From: Candidatus Levyibacteriota bacterium
GTDB lineage: Bacteria > Patescibacteriota > Microgenomatia > Levybacterales > UBA12049
Length of the DNA: 64,000 nucleotides
Direction: 5' to 3'
Assembly (NCBI GenBank): GCA_030651475.1
Contig: JAUSEW010000002.1
Coordinates: forward strand, 19,927 to 83,926
Part shown: positions 45,942 to 55,994 of the stretch, piece after piece
Layout: every line of letters begins with the position of its first letter
Numbering within the stretch: position 1 is the first letter of the stretch
Translations under genes and position numbers: made by a program
The notes under the pieces: generated by a model
Told to the model about the DNA's origin: nothing
Database searches by the model: none
What the model saw: only the letters and a program-made list of their open reading frames with translations

Positions 45942-46034
45942 AATTATAAGCACTAAGCACTAAATTCTAAATAAATTCAAAGAACTAAAATACAAAATTC
46001 AAAACAGTTTAGGATTTAGGATTTTTGAAGAATT

Positions 46035-46571
46035 ATGGCACGAAGTTTGAATAGGGTACAATTAATCGGAAATTTGACTAGAGATCCGGAACTGCGATAC
46101 ACGCCAAACGGCACAGCTGTTTGCTCTTTCTCTATCGCAACCAATAGAACTTGGAAAACAGAAGCCGGAGAGAAACGCGAAGAAACGGAATTTCATAGGA
46201 TTGTTTCCTGGAATAAGCTGGCGGAATTATGCAGCCAGTTTTTAACTAAAGGAAGAAAAGTGTACGTTGAGGGACGGCTTACAACTAGAAGCTGGACAGG
46301 ACAGGACGGAAATCAAAGGACAACAACGGAAATAGTTATCCAAGACATGATACTTCTTGATCGAAGACCTGAGGGAGTTGCGGCTTCGGAAAATGGCAAT
46401 GAACAGACAACGGGAGAAGATGAAAAGAAAGCGCCTAAAGTGAGTAAAGAGCCTGTTAAAAAAGAAAAAAGCGAAGAAGTAACTGAAGAGACGGCCGCCT
46501 CCGCTAAGAGCTCCGGCGAGCCAAAGGAAGAAGGAAGCGAAGAAGTTGCACCGGACGATATACCTTTTTAA
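46035..46571 (+). CDS. ssb: single-stranded DNA-binding protein
   Basis: OB fold and acidic DDIPF tail. Confidence 0.9.
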   Translation: MARSLNRVQLIGNLTRDPELRYTPNGTAVCSFSIATNRTWKTEAGEKREETEFHRIVSWNKLAELCSQFLTKGRKVYVEGRLTTRSWTGQDGNQRTTTEIVIQDMILLDRRPEGVAASENGNEQTTGEDEKKAPKVSKEPVKKEKSEEVTEETAASAKSSGEPKEEGSEEVAPDDIPF

Positions 46572-46573
46572 AT

Positions 46574-46816
46574 ATGGCTAAAGAAAAATTTACAAAACGA
46601 AGAAGAATAAAGCCTGCACCCAAAGAGTGTTTTTTCTGCAGTAAAAAACTGGAGCCTTCTTTTAAAGAGGCGGAAGTTCTAAGAAGATGGCTTACGGAAC
46701 GGGGCAAGATTGTTCCTGCATCCAGAAATGGTCTTTGCTCAAAACACCAAAAGGCTCTTGGTAAAAATATAAAACTTGCCAGATTTTTGGCTCTTTTGCC
46801 ATACGTCGTAGTTTAA
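46574..46816 (+). CDS. rpsR: 30S ribosomal protein S18
   Basis: CFFCSKK...RRWLTERGKI S18 signature. Confidence 0.85.
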   Translation: MAKEKFTKRRRIKPAPKECFFCSKKLEPSFKEAEVLRRWLTERGKIVPASRNGLCSKHQKALGKNIKLARFLALLPYVVV

Positions 46817-46823
46817 TCTTCTG

Positions 46824-48092
46824 ATGAAAAACAATACTGCCTTTCGCATAGTTCTAATAATTTTAATTTCTGCGCTTTTTGGCTACTACATCGGCGTTAA
46901 TAAAGTTGCAGTTGATTGGAAAAACTACAAACCCAAGATTTCTATATCAAGCAAAGAGCCTCCTTCAGTTTTGACCAATATTGATTTTTCACTTTTTTGG
47001 ACAGTGTGGGATAAACTTTCCCTTGATTACTACGATAAGTCCAAACTCGATTCCCAAAAAATGCTTAACGGCGCAATTTCAGGTATGATTCAAAGTCTTG
47101 GAGACCCATACACTGTTTATCTTCCGAAAGTACAAAATAACAATTTCAAAGAGGGATTGGCAGGACAGTTTTCTGGAATCGGAGCAGAGCTTGGGATGAA
47201 AGATAAAGATATTATAGTTATAGCTCCTCTTAACGGAAGTCCTGCGGAAAAGGCAGGGATAAAACCTGGAGATACTATTCTTAAAGTTGATAAAGAAACA
47301 ATTGCAGGATGGTCGCTTCAGCAGGCAGTTTCCAAAATACGAGGGGAAAAAGGTACGCCGGTTACATTAACATTAGTGCATAAGGATGCCACCAGTCCTT
47401 CAGAAATTACCATAGTAAGAGATATAATTACAATTAAAAGCGTTGATGGATGGATCAAGCCTTGGAAGATAGAAAATGGAAGATGGAAGATAGATGAAGA
47501 ATGTAAAAATTGCGCTGAAGTGGCTTACATCCAGCTTTCGCAGTTCGGAGACGCTACCAATCAGGACTGGACGAATCTTATAAATAAATTAAATTTGCGA
47601 ATTCAGCAGAACAAAAATGTAAAAGGTTTGGTTTTGGATCTGCGTAACAATCCGGGCGGGTATCTTACTGATGCTGTTTTTATTGCTTCTGAATTTCTTA
47701 AACAGGGTCAACCGGTGGTTATAGAAGACAGAGGGGAAAAAGGACAGAAAACTCTTTCTGTTTCACGCAAAGGAACGCTGTATGACACGCCTTTGGTGGT
47801 TTTGATGAATAAAGGTAGTGCTTCGGCAAGCGAAATTGTTGCCGCAGCCTTAAAAGATAATAAGCGGGCGATTTTGATAGGCGAGGTTTCATTTGGAAAA
47901 GGAACAATACAGCAGGCGGAAGATTTGGGAGATGGAGTAGGCCTGCATGTGACAATTGCCAAGTGGTTAACGCCAAAAGGCATATGGATTAATGGCGAAG
48001 GACTTAAACCGGATATTCAGATTGCCCTTGATCCAAAAGATCCAACCAAAGATACCCAGCTTGAAAAAGCAGTAGAAGAGCTAATAAAATAA
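46824..48092 (+). CDS. carboxy-terminal processing protease (S41), PDZ domain
   Basis: PDZ (GIKPGDTILKVD) plus S41 catalytic region GSASASEIVA. Confidence 0.8.
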   Translation: MKNNTAFRIVLIILISALFGYYIGVNKVAVDWKNYKPKISISSKEPPSVLTNIDFSLFWTVWDKLSLDYYDKSKLDSQKMLNGAISGMIQSLGDPYTVYLPKVQNNNFKEGLAGQFSGIGAELGMKDKDIIVIAPLNGSPAEKAGIKPGDTILKVDKETIAGWSLQQAVSKIRGEKGTPVTLTLVHKDATSPSEITIVRDIITIKSVDGWIKPWKIENGRWKIDEECKNCAEVAYIQLSQFGDATNQDWTNLINKLNLRIQQNKNVKGLVLDLRNNPGGYLTDAVFIASEFLKQGQPVVIEDRGEKGQKTLSVSRKGTLYDTPLVVLMNKGSASASEIVAAALKDNKRAILIGEVSFGKGTIQQAEDLGDGVGLHVTIAKWLTPKGIWINGEGLKPDIQIALDPKDPTKDTQLEKAVEELIK

Positions 48093-48135
48093 TTCTGCTT
48101 TGTAAACTTTTAAAAAACGTGTTAGTGTAAATATT

Positions 48136-49827
48136 GTGGGAGATTTTTTCCTTGAGCTAACAATCCTTGTTTGCATAGCTTCCTTTCTTGCTATTGTTTT
48201 TAGGATTTTAAAACAACCCCCAATACTTGCTTATATCTTAACAGGTATATTAATTGGACCTCTAAGTTTTTTTAATTTTTCAAATAAAGATTTTCTTCAA
48301 ACTATGGCTGAGTTGGGCGTTACTCTTCTTTTATTCATGATAGGCCTTGAGCTTAGATTTAGTGAGCTTCGTACCGTAGGTAAGGTGGCGGTATTAACAG
48401 GCATTGGGCAAATTGTCTTTACTTCTGTAATTGGTTATCTTATCTGTATTGCTCTTGGATTTTCTCCACTTACATCTTTATATCTTAGCATTGCACTGAC
48501 TTTCTCAAGCACGATAATTATCGTAAAGCTTTTGTCCGATAAAAAAGATCTAAATAGTCTATACGGAAAAATATCAGTGGGTTTTTTGCTAGTTCAGGAC
48601 TTTTTTGCAATTATATTCCTAATCTTTCTTTCCGGCTTTAATAATGTTGGCGGTAATACTATAAACATTTGGGATTTCCTAATTGTATTTATTAAGGGGG
48701 CAATTTTGCTAGGGGGTATAGTTTATCTAAGCAAAACATTTTTGCCAAAACTTGTTGATGTAATTGCTCGTTCTCCGGAAACACTGTTTTTATTTAGCAT
48801 CGCTTGGGCTTTTGGATTAGCTGCTTTAGTAAGTTCTCCAATCATAGGATTTTCGATAGAAATTGGAGGATTTTTAGCTGGTCTTTCTTTGGCTAACTCA
48901 AGCGAAAATTTTCAAATAGCCTCGAAAATAAAGCCGCTAAGGGATTTTTTTATTACCATTTTCTTTGTAATCCTAGGCACAAATCTTGTATTTAATAACA
49001 TGCAGGAAATACTCTTGCCATCGCTTATTCTTTCAACATTTGTACTCATAGGCAATCCTTTAATTGTAATGGCAATAATGGGTTTTATGGGTTATCGCAA
49101 AAGAACTTCATTTTTGGCAGGCTTAACTGTGGCTCAAATTTCTGAATTTAGCTTAATTTTGGTTTTTTTGGGACAAAGGCTTGGTCATTTAGATTATAAA
49201 GCTGTATCTTTAATAACAGCTGTTGGAATAATTACGTTTACACTTTCGACATATATGATAGTTAATGGCAATAAGCTATATTTATTTTTAAGTAGATTTT
49301 TAGGAATATTTGAGAGAAGAAATGCCCATAGTGAGCAAATGGCTTATGGCTTAGAAGATATGGAAAATCTTAAAGACCATGTAGTATTGGTAGGAGCAGA
49401 CCAGATGGGACAAAGAATTCTGGATGCCTTGGGGGATTTAGGAAAAGACGTTGTAGTAATTGATTTTGATCCGGATATCGTCAGAAGGCTTGGAGAAAAA
49501 CATGTCCGCAGACTTTTCGGAGACATAGGCGATTATGAAATTCAAAAAAAGGCAAATCTTGATACGGCGAAACTTGTTATTTCTACAATACCAGATACGG
49601 AAGATAATTTACTCATTCTTAAGGAACTAAATAAAGAAAATAGAAGAGCGAAAGTTGTAGTTATGGCTCTTGATTCCCAGGATGCGAAAATTTTATACAA
49701 AGCAGGTGCGGATTATGTGATTTTGCCTCATTTGGCAGGCGGACGGCAAATAGCGAGACTTATTAGGGAAAACAATCTGGAAAATATTGGAAAGCTAAAA
49801 GAAAAAGACTTAAGCTATCTTGTCTAA
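48136..49827 (+). CDS. monovalent cation:proton antiporter (CPA2) with C-terminal RCK/TrkA-N domain
   Basis: ~12 TM followed by [11 protein letters not shown] Rossmann motif. Confidence 0.8.
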   Translation: MGDFFLELTILVCIASFLAIVFRILKQPPILAYILTGILIGPLSFFNFSNKDFLQTMAELGVTLLLFMIGLELRFSELRTVGKVAVLTGIGQIVFTSVIGYLICIALGFSPLTSLYLSIALTFSSTIIIVKLLSDKKDLNSLYGKISVGFLLVQDFFAIIFLIFLSGFNNVGGNTINIWDFLIVFIKGAILLGGIVYLSKTFLPKLVDVIARSPETLFLFSIAWAFGLAALVSSPIIGFSIEIGGFLAGLSLANSSENFQIASKIKPLRDFFITIFFVILGTNLVFNNMQEILLPSLILSTFVLIGNPLIVMAIMGFMGYRKRTSFLAGLTVAQISEFSLILVFLGQRLGHLDYKAVSLITAVGIITFTLSTYMIVNGNKLYLFLSRFLGIFERRNAHSEQMAYGLEDMENLKDHVVLVGADQMGQRILDALGDLGKDVVVIDFDPDIVRRLGEKHVRRLFGDIGDYEIQKKANLDTAKLVISTIPDTEDNLLILKELNKENRRAKVVVMALDSQDAKILYKAGADYVILPHLAGGRQIARLIRENNLENIGKLKEKDLSYLV

Positions 49828-50712
49828 ATTTTCCCTTACAGTTTCGATAACTTTAATCAACTCTTCACCCTCAAGTATTGATTCGATGTTTCGCCAGGAT
49901 TTGCCTATCCGATGATCCGTAAGTCTGTCCTGCGGAAAATTATAGGTTCTGATTTTTTCCGCTCGCATACCTCTTCCTATCTGCGTAGATTTAAGAGAAG
50001 AAATTTCGCTATGTTGTTTTTCAACTTCTATTTCCCAAAGTTTGGATCTTAAAAGTTCCATAGCAATACTTCTATTTTGTATTTGGAAACGTTCGGTTTG
50101 GGCGGTAACTACAATGCCTGTAGGTTTATGAGTAAGCCTTACCGCTGTTGAAACTTTGTTGACATTTTGGCCTCCATGACCGCCGCTTCTATACGCTTCA
50201 AATTGTATATCGTCGGGATTTATATGAAGATCAATATCCTCAAGCTCCGGAAGCACCGAGACGGTGGCGGTAGAAGTGTGAATACGGTCTCTTTTCTCTG
50301 TGGTTGGAATTCTTTGGACCCTGTGTACTCCAGCCTCGTATTTAAAAAGACCGAAAGGATTATTTTCTGGTACACCTGCTATCTTGATAACATTTTCGTC
50401 AACTTTTTCAACTTTAAATGCTTTTTTTTGGGAGTACCTGACATACATTTTCATTAGTTCTTCTGCCCAAAGTTTGGCTTCTTCTCCTCCTGCAGCCCCT
50501 TTTATTTCCAGAATAACGTTTCTCGTATCTAGAGATTCTTCTACCGTCGGCTGGCTCTCTTTAATACTTTTTTCAAGCTCGTTTTTTTGCTGTTCCAAAC
50601 CTTTTAGCTCCGTATCTGCCAACGCGGAAAGTTCAGGATCGGAAAGCAATTTCTTGGTTTCTTCTATTTTTTGCAGTAACTCTTGAAGCTGTATGTATCT
50701 ATAGTCATCCAT
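49810..50712 (-). CDS. prfA: peptide chain release factor 1 (short N-terminus)
   Basis: GGQ motif, RIPTTE (PxT tripeptide type) and [16 protein letters not shown] match RF1 rather than RF2. Confidence 0.85.
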   Translation of the reverse strand: MDDYRYIQLQELLQKIEETKKLLSDPELSALADTELKGLEQQKNELEKSIKESQPTVEESLDTRNVILEIKGAAGGEEAKLWAEELMKMYVRYSQKKAFKVEKVDENVIKIAGVPENNPFGLFKYEAGVHRVQRIPTTEKRDRIHTSTATVSVLPELEDIDLHINPDDIQFEAYRSGGHGGQNVNKVSTAVRLTHKPTGIVVTAQTERFQIQNRSIAMELLRSKLWEIEVEKQHSEISSLKSTQIGRGMRAEKIRTYNFPQDRLTDHRIGKSWRNIESILEGEELIKVIETVRENLDKIA

Positions 50713-50856
50713 AATATATTTTGACGGTAGAAAATAGAATGTAGAATATGGAACATATGAAGATAGAAGATTGAGGATGGATTATTAAGAGAATTTCTAA
50801 TTTCTATTTTCCAGTTTCAAATATCTATCTTCTAGTTTCCATCATCTACCGTCTAG
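50713..50856. promoter_or_regulatory. AT-rich intergenic region with imperfect long inverted repeat (GACGGTAGA arms)
   Basis: ..ttgacggtagaaaatagaatgtagaat.. / ..ccatcatctaccgtctag.. Confidence 0.35.
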
Positions 50857-51156
50857 CTACTTTATTGCCATGAGCATCTCTCGGAGTGTTTTTGGCGCTT
50901 CCTGCTTTTTCTTTATTTCCTCATGCTTTTTCTCTCTTAATGTCTCATACTTTTTGGCAACTTCTTGTTTTTGCTGGAACTTTTGGATTTTGGAAGCGCT
51001 GTCTACGAATCTTTGCTCTCCGGTATAAAACGGATGGCATTTATTGCAAAGCTCCACATGAATTAATTCTTTGGTTGAGCCAATGGTAAATTTATTGCCG
51101 CAAACACAAATAACTTGCGCACTTTCGAAATACTTTGGATGAATAGCTGTTTTCAT
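50857..51156 (-). CDS. rpmE: 50S ribosomal protein L31 with C-terminal Lys/Glu-rich extension
   Basis: IHPKY..CVCGN..CNKCHPFYTG. Confidence 0.8.
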   Translation of the reverse strand: MKTAIHPKYFESAQVICVCGNKFTIGSTKELIHVELCNKCHPFYTGEQRFVDSASKIQKFQQKQEVAKKYETLREKKHEEIKKKQEAPKTLREMLMAIK

Positions 51157-51196
51157 ATAGTATAATTATACCCTATTTTGAAAAACCAAGCAAGCA

Positions 51197-52390
51197 TTAA
51201 GAGGCTAGCAATTTTTCGATTTCGTTTTGTAAAACTGTTTTTTGGTTGCGGGTTTTCATATTTTTAAGAGTAACCATATTTTTCGAAACTTCATCCGGGC
51301 CGATAATTATCGCATAAGGAATTTGTTTTTTGTCAGCGTATTTTAATTGTTTATCCATTTTGACATTTTCCTCCAAATATATTTCCGTATTTATTCCTTT
51401 CTCACGAAGAAGCGTTGTGATTTGTAAAGATTTCTCTTTTAATTCCGGGGAAAAAACAGTGACCAAGATTTTTGTTGTCTGCAGATCTTTTGGAAAAAGA
51501 TTAAGATCTTCCATCGCTTCCATAAGCCTGTCAAATCCAAACGCAAACCCAACAGCAGGAATTTGTTTCCCTGCAAACATTCCGATCAAATTATCATATC
51601 TTCCTCCTCCGCAAACACTTCCTGCAGAATATCCCTCAATTTCAATTTCAAAAATCATTCCCGTATAATAATCAAGTCCACGAGCTAAAGTCGGAAAAAA
51701 TTCACAGTTACTTTGGTTAATTCCCAGATTGTTAAGCGTTTTTAAAATAACGTCAGTCGTTTCTAAGGGCTTTGAATTTTCGATTTTGTTCAAAATCTCC
51801 TTACTGTTAATTCTTTCTAATTCTTCCTCAACTTTCTTCGGTCCAATCTTTCCCAGTTTGTCTAAAATTTTGATTGATTCCAAATCGATATTTTCAAAAA
51901 TTTTTCTGTCATTCACTTTTATTTTATATTTTTTAAAACCAAGCGTTTCCAAGCTTTTATTCGCGAGGGCTATTATTTCCGCGTCGGCAAGGGGAGAGGA
52001 AACGCCGACAATATCTGCATCGCATTGGAGGAATTCTCTATAGCGGCCTTTTTGGGTGTTTTCTGCGCGCCAGACATTTTGAATTTGATAACGTTTAAAT
52101 GGCATTGGCAGTTCGTTTTGGCCTTGGGCGACAACGCGGGCTAGAGGAACTGTCTGATCGTATCTTAAAGCGACTTTTCTTTTTCCATTATCTTCAAATC
52201 TGTACATCAATTTATCGCCTTCGTCTCCGTACTTGCCCAGCAAAATTTCCTCGTACTCCAAAGCCGGAGTCTCCAAAGGTTCAAAGCCATAGGACTCAAA
52301 CACTTTTTTCAAAGTGTCCAAAACGTACTGTCTTTTTTTCGCCTCCTTAGGCAAAAAATCTCTAAAACCCTTCAGAGTTTGATTAACCAT
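51197..52390 (-). CDS. hisS: histidyl-tRNA synthetase
   Basis: LKGFRDFLP motif and class II core. Confidence 0.9.
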   Translation of the reverse strand: MVNQTLKGFRDFLPKEAKKRQYVLDTLKKVFESYGFEPLETPALEYEEILLGKYGDEGDKLMYRFEDNGKRKVALRYDQTVPLARVVAQGQNELPMPFKRYQIQNVWRAENTQKGRYREFLQCDADIVGVSSPLADAEIIALANKSLETLGFKKYKIKVNDRKIFENIDLESIKILDKLGKIGPKKVEEELERINSKEILNKIENSKPLETTDVILKTLNNLGINQSNCEFFPTLARGLDYYTGMIFEIEIEGYSAGSVCGGGRYDNLIGMFAGKQIPAVGFAFGFDRLMEAMEDLNLFPKDLQTTKILVTVFSPELKEKSLQITTLLREKGINTEIYLEENVKMDKQLKYADKKQIPYAIIIGPDEVSKNMVTLKNMKTRNQKTVLQNEIEKLLAS

Positions 52391-52476
52391 ATCAATATCA
52401 TATCATAAATTATTGTATTTTAAGTTTCGGATTTAGTTTATCTAGCTGGGTATGAAATCTTTAGAGAAGAAAGAGA

Positions 52477-52974
52477 CTATCTTGGATTAAATTGCCATTT
52501 CCGGGGTACTTTACCTAGGGCTGCTTTAATTATCGATTTTGCGTCTCTTTCGGAAAGTCTTGTGAATAGCTTAATTTTGTCAACAAACAATAATCCTAGA
52601 TTATCTTCTAAGTCTTTATTAAATGCTATTCCAGCAACAAATTCCGTAGGACGCCATATTTGTCTTTCCTCTTTTCCCCTAGTCTCTGGTTCTCTTCTCT
52701 TGAGCGGGCCGGTTATATAAATAATCGAATCAAATTCTTTAAGTTTATTTACCCTAAAGAGAGTAGGGGTAGGGAATATAATCCCTAAATCTCTTTCGGA
52801 TTGATTAGTCCGTATGGATGTATTTACATCAAGACCTTTAATAAATGCAATTACTTCATGAAGTGGATATCCAGCGTTAATATTGCCTAGTCCTTTTCCT
52901 AGTGTTTCTAATTTGAGCGGTGGTAGAATTCTCTCTTGTTGTTTTGGTTTATCAACTGTTACCAACTCAGTCAT
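52477..52974 (-). CDS. hypothetical protein
   Basis: 165-aa ORF. Confidence 0.4.
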   Translation of the reverse strand: MTELVTVDKPKQQERILPPLKLETLGKGLGNINAGYPLHEVIAFIKGLDVNTSIRTNQSERDLGIIFPTPTLFRVNKLKEFDSIIYITGPLKRREPETRGKEERQIWRPTEFVAGIAFNKDLEDNLGLLFVDKIKLFTRLSERDAKSIIKAALGKVPRKWQFNPR

Positions 52975-52992
52975 ATGAATGTCTAGGTAATA

Positions 52993-54135
52993 TTATAATT
53001 CAATAAGTTCTCTTGAGCAACGGGTTAAGAAGCGGGGACCGGATTTTCCTAGGACTACCAAATCTTCAATTCTTACCCCTCCAAATCCGGGAATGTAGAT
53101 CCCCGGTTCTATAGAGAAAACCATATTTTCTTTTAAAATATCTTTCGAAAGGGGAGAAAGGCGAGGAGATTCATGTACCTCAAGGCCAATGCCGTGGCCA
53201 AGAGAATGAGGAATTGTCGGGAATCCTTTCGTAGTAATATAATCTCTGGCGATTTTATCAATTTCGGATGCCTTTATTGCTAATTGCTTCATTGTTAAAT
53301 TGTTTAATTGCTGAATTGCTTTTTGCTGGGCTTCTAGAACCGTTTGGTACATCTTTTTAAATTCTGCATTTGCAGAACCAAAGAAAACGGTTCTTGTCAT
53401 ATCGGAACAATAATTATTCAGTTTCACGCCAAAATCCAGCAATACGATTTGGTCTTTAGCCGTTAGTCTTTGGTCGCTAGCTTGATGGTGGGGGACAGAA
53501 GAATTTTTTCCAAAGGCAACGATAGGAGGAAAAGATATATTAGCCCCCTGTTTTTTGATAAAAAATTCTATTTCAAGGGCAATTTCTTTTTCACTTATTC
53601 CTTCTTTTATTTTCTTTAAAACATATTCAAAAGCTTTGTCTCCCAATTCGCATGCTTTTTCAATTTTAGAAATCTCATCAGGCGTTTTAACGCTTCGTAG
53701 ATTCGAAATACTTAAATGATATATATTATTAAAGTATTTTGACAGCCTTTTGTGTTCTAGAAAACTAATATTGTGACCTTCGAATCCTAATCGTTTTATG
53801 TTATTTTTTTGTGTAAGATTTTTTATTGCTTCTCCAAAAGAAAGTTTTGAAGAAATTTCAATAAGTTCAAAATCTTTGACTTGTTTTTTAACGGCTTCAG
53901 AATATCGCCCATCGGTAAGAATATACCCCAAAACCCCAGGGGTTCCGTGCGTCAACCCCTGGGGTTGAGCCACGATTAAAAGGAAAGCTTCCCGTTCATC
54001 CTTGGAGAAATTGGAAAATCCTGTTAGGTAAGTAATGTTAGGAACGGAGGAAATGAGTAGTCCGTCAATGTTCTTATTTAGCATTAAACTTTTTAAATTT
54101 AAGAGACGATTATTCATAAATTTAACATGTTTCAT
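52993..54135 (-). CDS. pepP: Xaa-Pro aminopeptidase (M24B)
   Basis: HGLGHGIGLEVHE and pita-bread fold motifs. In-frame palindromic insertion near the N-terminus. Confidence 0.85.
   Translation of the reverse strand: MKHVKFMNNRLLNLKSLMLNKNIDGLLISSVPNITYLTGFSNFSKDEREAFLLIVAQPQGLTHGTPGVLGYILTDGRYSEAVKKQVKDFELIEISSKLSFGEAIKNLTQKNNIKRLGFEGHNISFLEHKRLSKYFNNIYHLSISNLRSVKTPDEISKIEKACELGDKAFEYVLKKIKEGISEKEIALEIEFFIKKQGANISFPPIVAFGKNSSVPHHQASDQRLTAKDQIVLLDFGVKLNNYCSDMTRTVFFGSANAEFKKMYQTVLEAQQKAIQQLNNLTMKQLAIKASEIDKIARDYITTKGFPTIPHSLGHGIGLEVHESPRLSPLSKDILKENMVFSIEPGIYIPGFGGVRIEDLVVLGKSGPRFLTRCSRELIEL
53932..53966. repeat. duplicated 13-bp GC palindrome inserted in frame in pepP
   Basis: AACCCCAGGGGTT-ccgtgcgtc-AACCCCTGGGGTT encodes ..QPQGLTHGTPGVLG.. 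Confidence 0.65.
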
Positions 54136-54220
54136 TTTTCATTTATCATTGGTTTCTTCATTTAAGCAATTATTGATTATGTGAATAAATGGTAAATGGT
54201 GTCTGATAAATGATAAATAT

Positions 54221-54961
54221 TTACTTCGTGATTGGAGTTAATTTTTTTCCGCTTCCTGTTGAAGGTATAATTGCCTGATTAGGACTTAATGCTTCTTGGG
54301 CCACGGTAATATTGGGATTTTTGGGAATGTTAGGGAAAATATACAGGTTATTTCCTACAATTATGATATTTTGATTTTCTTTAACTTTGGAAAATCCCAA
54401 ACGCGCAAGCCCTGCGTCTTTGGTATAAGAAAGAATTTTAGTTGTCGTTTCTATGTCAACACTTAGTATTTTATTGCTGTCAGTCGCAACAGAGAAATTA
54501 AAATTTTTGCTGTCAATAGAGATGATTACTCCATGGGTAATAGTTGGAAGAGAAATTACGTTTACGAAACGCCCCAAAAGTCTTCGAGATTCTTTATTGT
54601 ATAGTCCTAAAACCTCCAAGGTGTCACCTTTTGAAATATCGGAAATGCCGAAAGAGCCTTTCGCATTCGGAGAAGAAAACTTAGTTAATTCATCTACGTC
54701 AACAAATCTAATTCTTCCCGCAAGATCGGAAAGGGTAACTTGGGTATTGGACACATCCGAAACTTTGCCGACAATTCCGCGTTTTTCAACCAGTTTTAAT
54801 TGAGCTACTTTAGAGGCGATATTATTGATTAGATCTTGTTTTATTTGATCGGTTGCATTAGGAGTAGGCGTTGCGGCAGAAACAGAAATGAAAAATGAAA
54901 AATGAAAAATGAAAAATAAGGAAAAAAAGAATAAAATAAATTTAGACAAGTTTTTTTTCAT
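54221..54961 (-). CDS. secreted hypothetical protein with repeat-containing signal peptide
   Basis: Hydrophobic N-terminus FILFFFSLFFIFHFSFFISVSAATP. Confidence 0.5.
   Translation of the reverse strand: MKKNLSKFILFFFSLFFIFHFSFFISVSAATPTPNATDQIKQDLINNIASKVAQLKLVEKRGIVGKVSDVSNTQVTLSDLAGRIRFVDVDELTKFSSPNAKGSFGISDISKGDTLEVLGLYNKESRRLLGRFVNVISLPTITHGVIISIDSKNFNFSVATDSNKILSVDIETTTKILSYTKDAGLARLGFSKVKENQNIIIVGNNLYIFPNIPKNPNITVAQEALSPNQAIIPSTGSGKKLTPITK
54886..54917. repeat. heptanucleotide tandem repeat (AAAAATG / TTTTTCA) x ~4.5 in signal-peptide coding region
   Basis: aaatgaaaaatgaaaaatgaaaaatgaaaaat. There is also an A8/T8 tract at 54951-54958 next to the start codon. Confidence 0.85.
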
Positions 54962-54963
54962 AG

Positions 54964-55443
54964 TTAGAATTCCTCCATGGAATAAGTTACAGTTCTGGTA
55001 ATTTTTGTTTCCTCACCGTTGGCCGCGATAGCGGTTATTTCTATAACACTTGATCCGTTACCTAAATTTACCGTTGTTGAAAAATCTCCATTGAGCGATG
55101 GCGAAACAACCTGTTCGAAGTTGTTGGAAATTATTACGATTGTTGCATCCGGCATAGATTTGCCAGAAATAGTCAGCGTTTTATTGTTAACAACGCTTTC
55201 GTCAGCGGGAGTTATTAGATTTAAGAAGATAGATGGTTTTGGCGTTGGAGTTGGTATAGTTATCGCTATCGGCTTTATTTTGGACGAGGGTATAGCTCTT
55301 GTTGTTTGATATATATAGAAGACTATTCCTGCAACTAAAAGTCCGCCCAATATTGCAATAAAAGATAATACAAGTTTTTCTGTTTTCATCTGGGTGCGGG
55401 GTTGATAATACGATAAAAATATCCTCTTGTCAAGGAAAGGCAA
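54964..55443 (-). CDS. hypothetical membrane-anchored protein
   Basis: One TM followed by a Pro/Thr-rich linker. Confidence 0.4.
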   Translation of the reverse strand: MPFLDKRIFLSYYQPRTQMKTEKLVLSFIAILGGLLVAGIVFYIYQTTRAIPSSKIKPIAITIPTPTPKPSIFLNLITPADESVVNNKTLTISGKSMPDATIVIISNNFEQVVSPSLNGDFSTTVNLGNGSSVIEITAIAANGEETKITRTVTYSMEEF

Positions 55444-55462
55444 GCTATGTTAGGATTGGGGA

Positions 55463-55987
55463 GTGGATATAGCAATCGTTAATGAAAGTTCAATAAAAAT
55501 TCGGGGAAAACACGTTGGTTTTATTATAGACCCGCCCATAGATGGTCCAAAAATAAGCGCGGACGGCGTTATTTATCTTTCCAATGATTTACCCGTTGAC
55601 GTTTCCAGAGTAGAGGAATATAGAGTAATAATTAAAGGTCCGGGCGAATATCAGGTAAGCGGAGCAATGATTACAGGAGTAAAAGCGGACAAAGAATATG
55701 TTTATAAAATAGTCCTTGATGATGTACAAATTTTAGTTGCCAAAGCAAGCGACATATCTAAATTTAAAGGAGATATGGATTCATCCGAAGTTCTAATTTT
55801 GAATGTAAATTCTGAAATTGAAGCATCGGTTATAACGAATATGGAACCCAGGGTTGTGATATTGTACGGGGAGAAAAAAGAAGAGGCTGCAAAAATTTTG
55901 GGCAAAAGCGAAATAAAAAAAACGGAAAAAGCAACCGTTTCCAAAGAGCAATTACCGGAAATGATGGAAGTAATAGTATTGGGATAA
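55463..55987 (+). CDS. hypothetical protein
   Basis: 174-aa ORF. Confidence 0.4.
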   Translation: MDIAIVNESSIKIRGKHVGFIIDPPIDGPKISADGVIYLSNDLPVDVSRVEEYRVIIKGPGEYQVSGAMITGVKADKEYVYKIVLDDVQILVAKASDISKFKGDMDSSEVLILNVNSEIEASVITNMEPRVVILYGEKKEEAAKILGKSEIKKTEKATVSKEQLPEMMEVIVLG

Positions 55988-55994
55988 ACTTCAT

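Noticed and set aside
49810-50712. Possible RF2 with programmed +1 frameshift
   Set aside because: The tripeptide region reads RIPTTE (PxT type) and the C-terminus matches RF1 ([16 protein letters not shown]). No CUU-UGA-C frameshift site was seen. It is called prfA. TGA is used as a stop elsewhere, so an RF2 must lie outside this window.
54886-54917. Short tandem repeat considered as a possible mini-CRISPR or satellite
   Set aside because: The unit is 7 nt with no spacers. It lies inside a coding signal peptide and is a simple heptanucleotide microsatellite.
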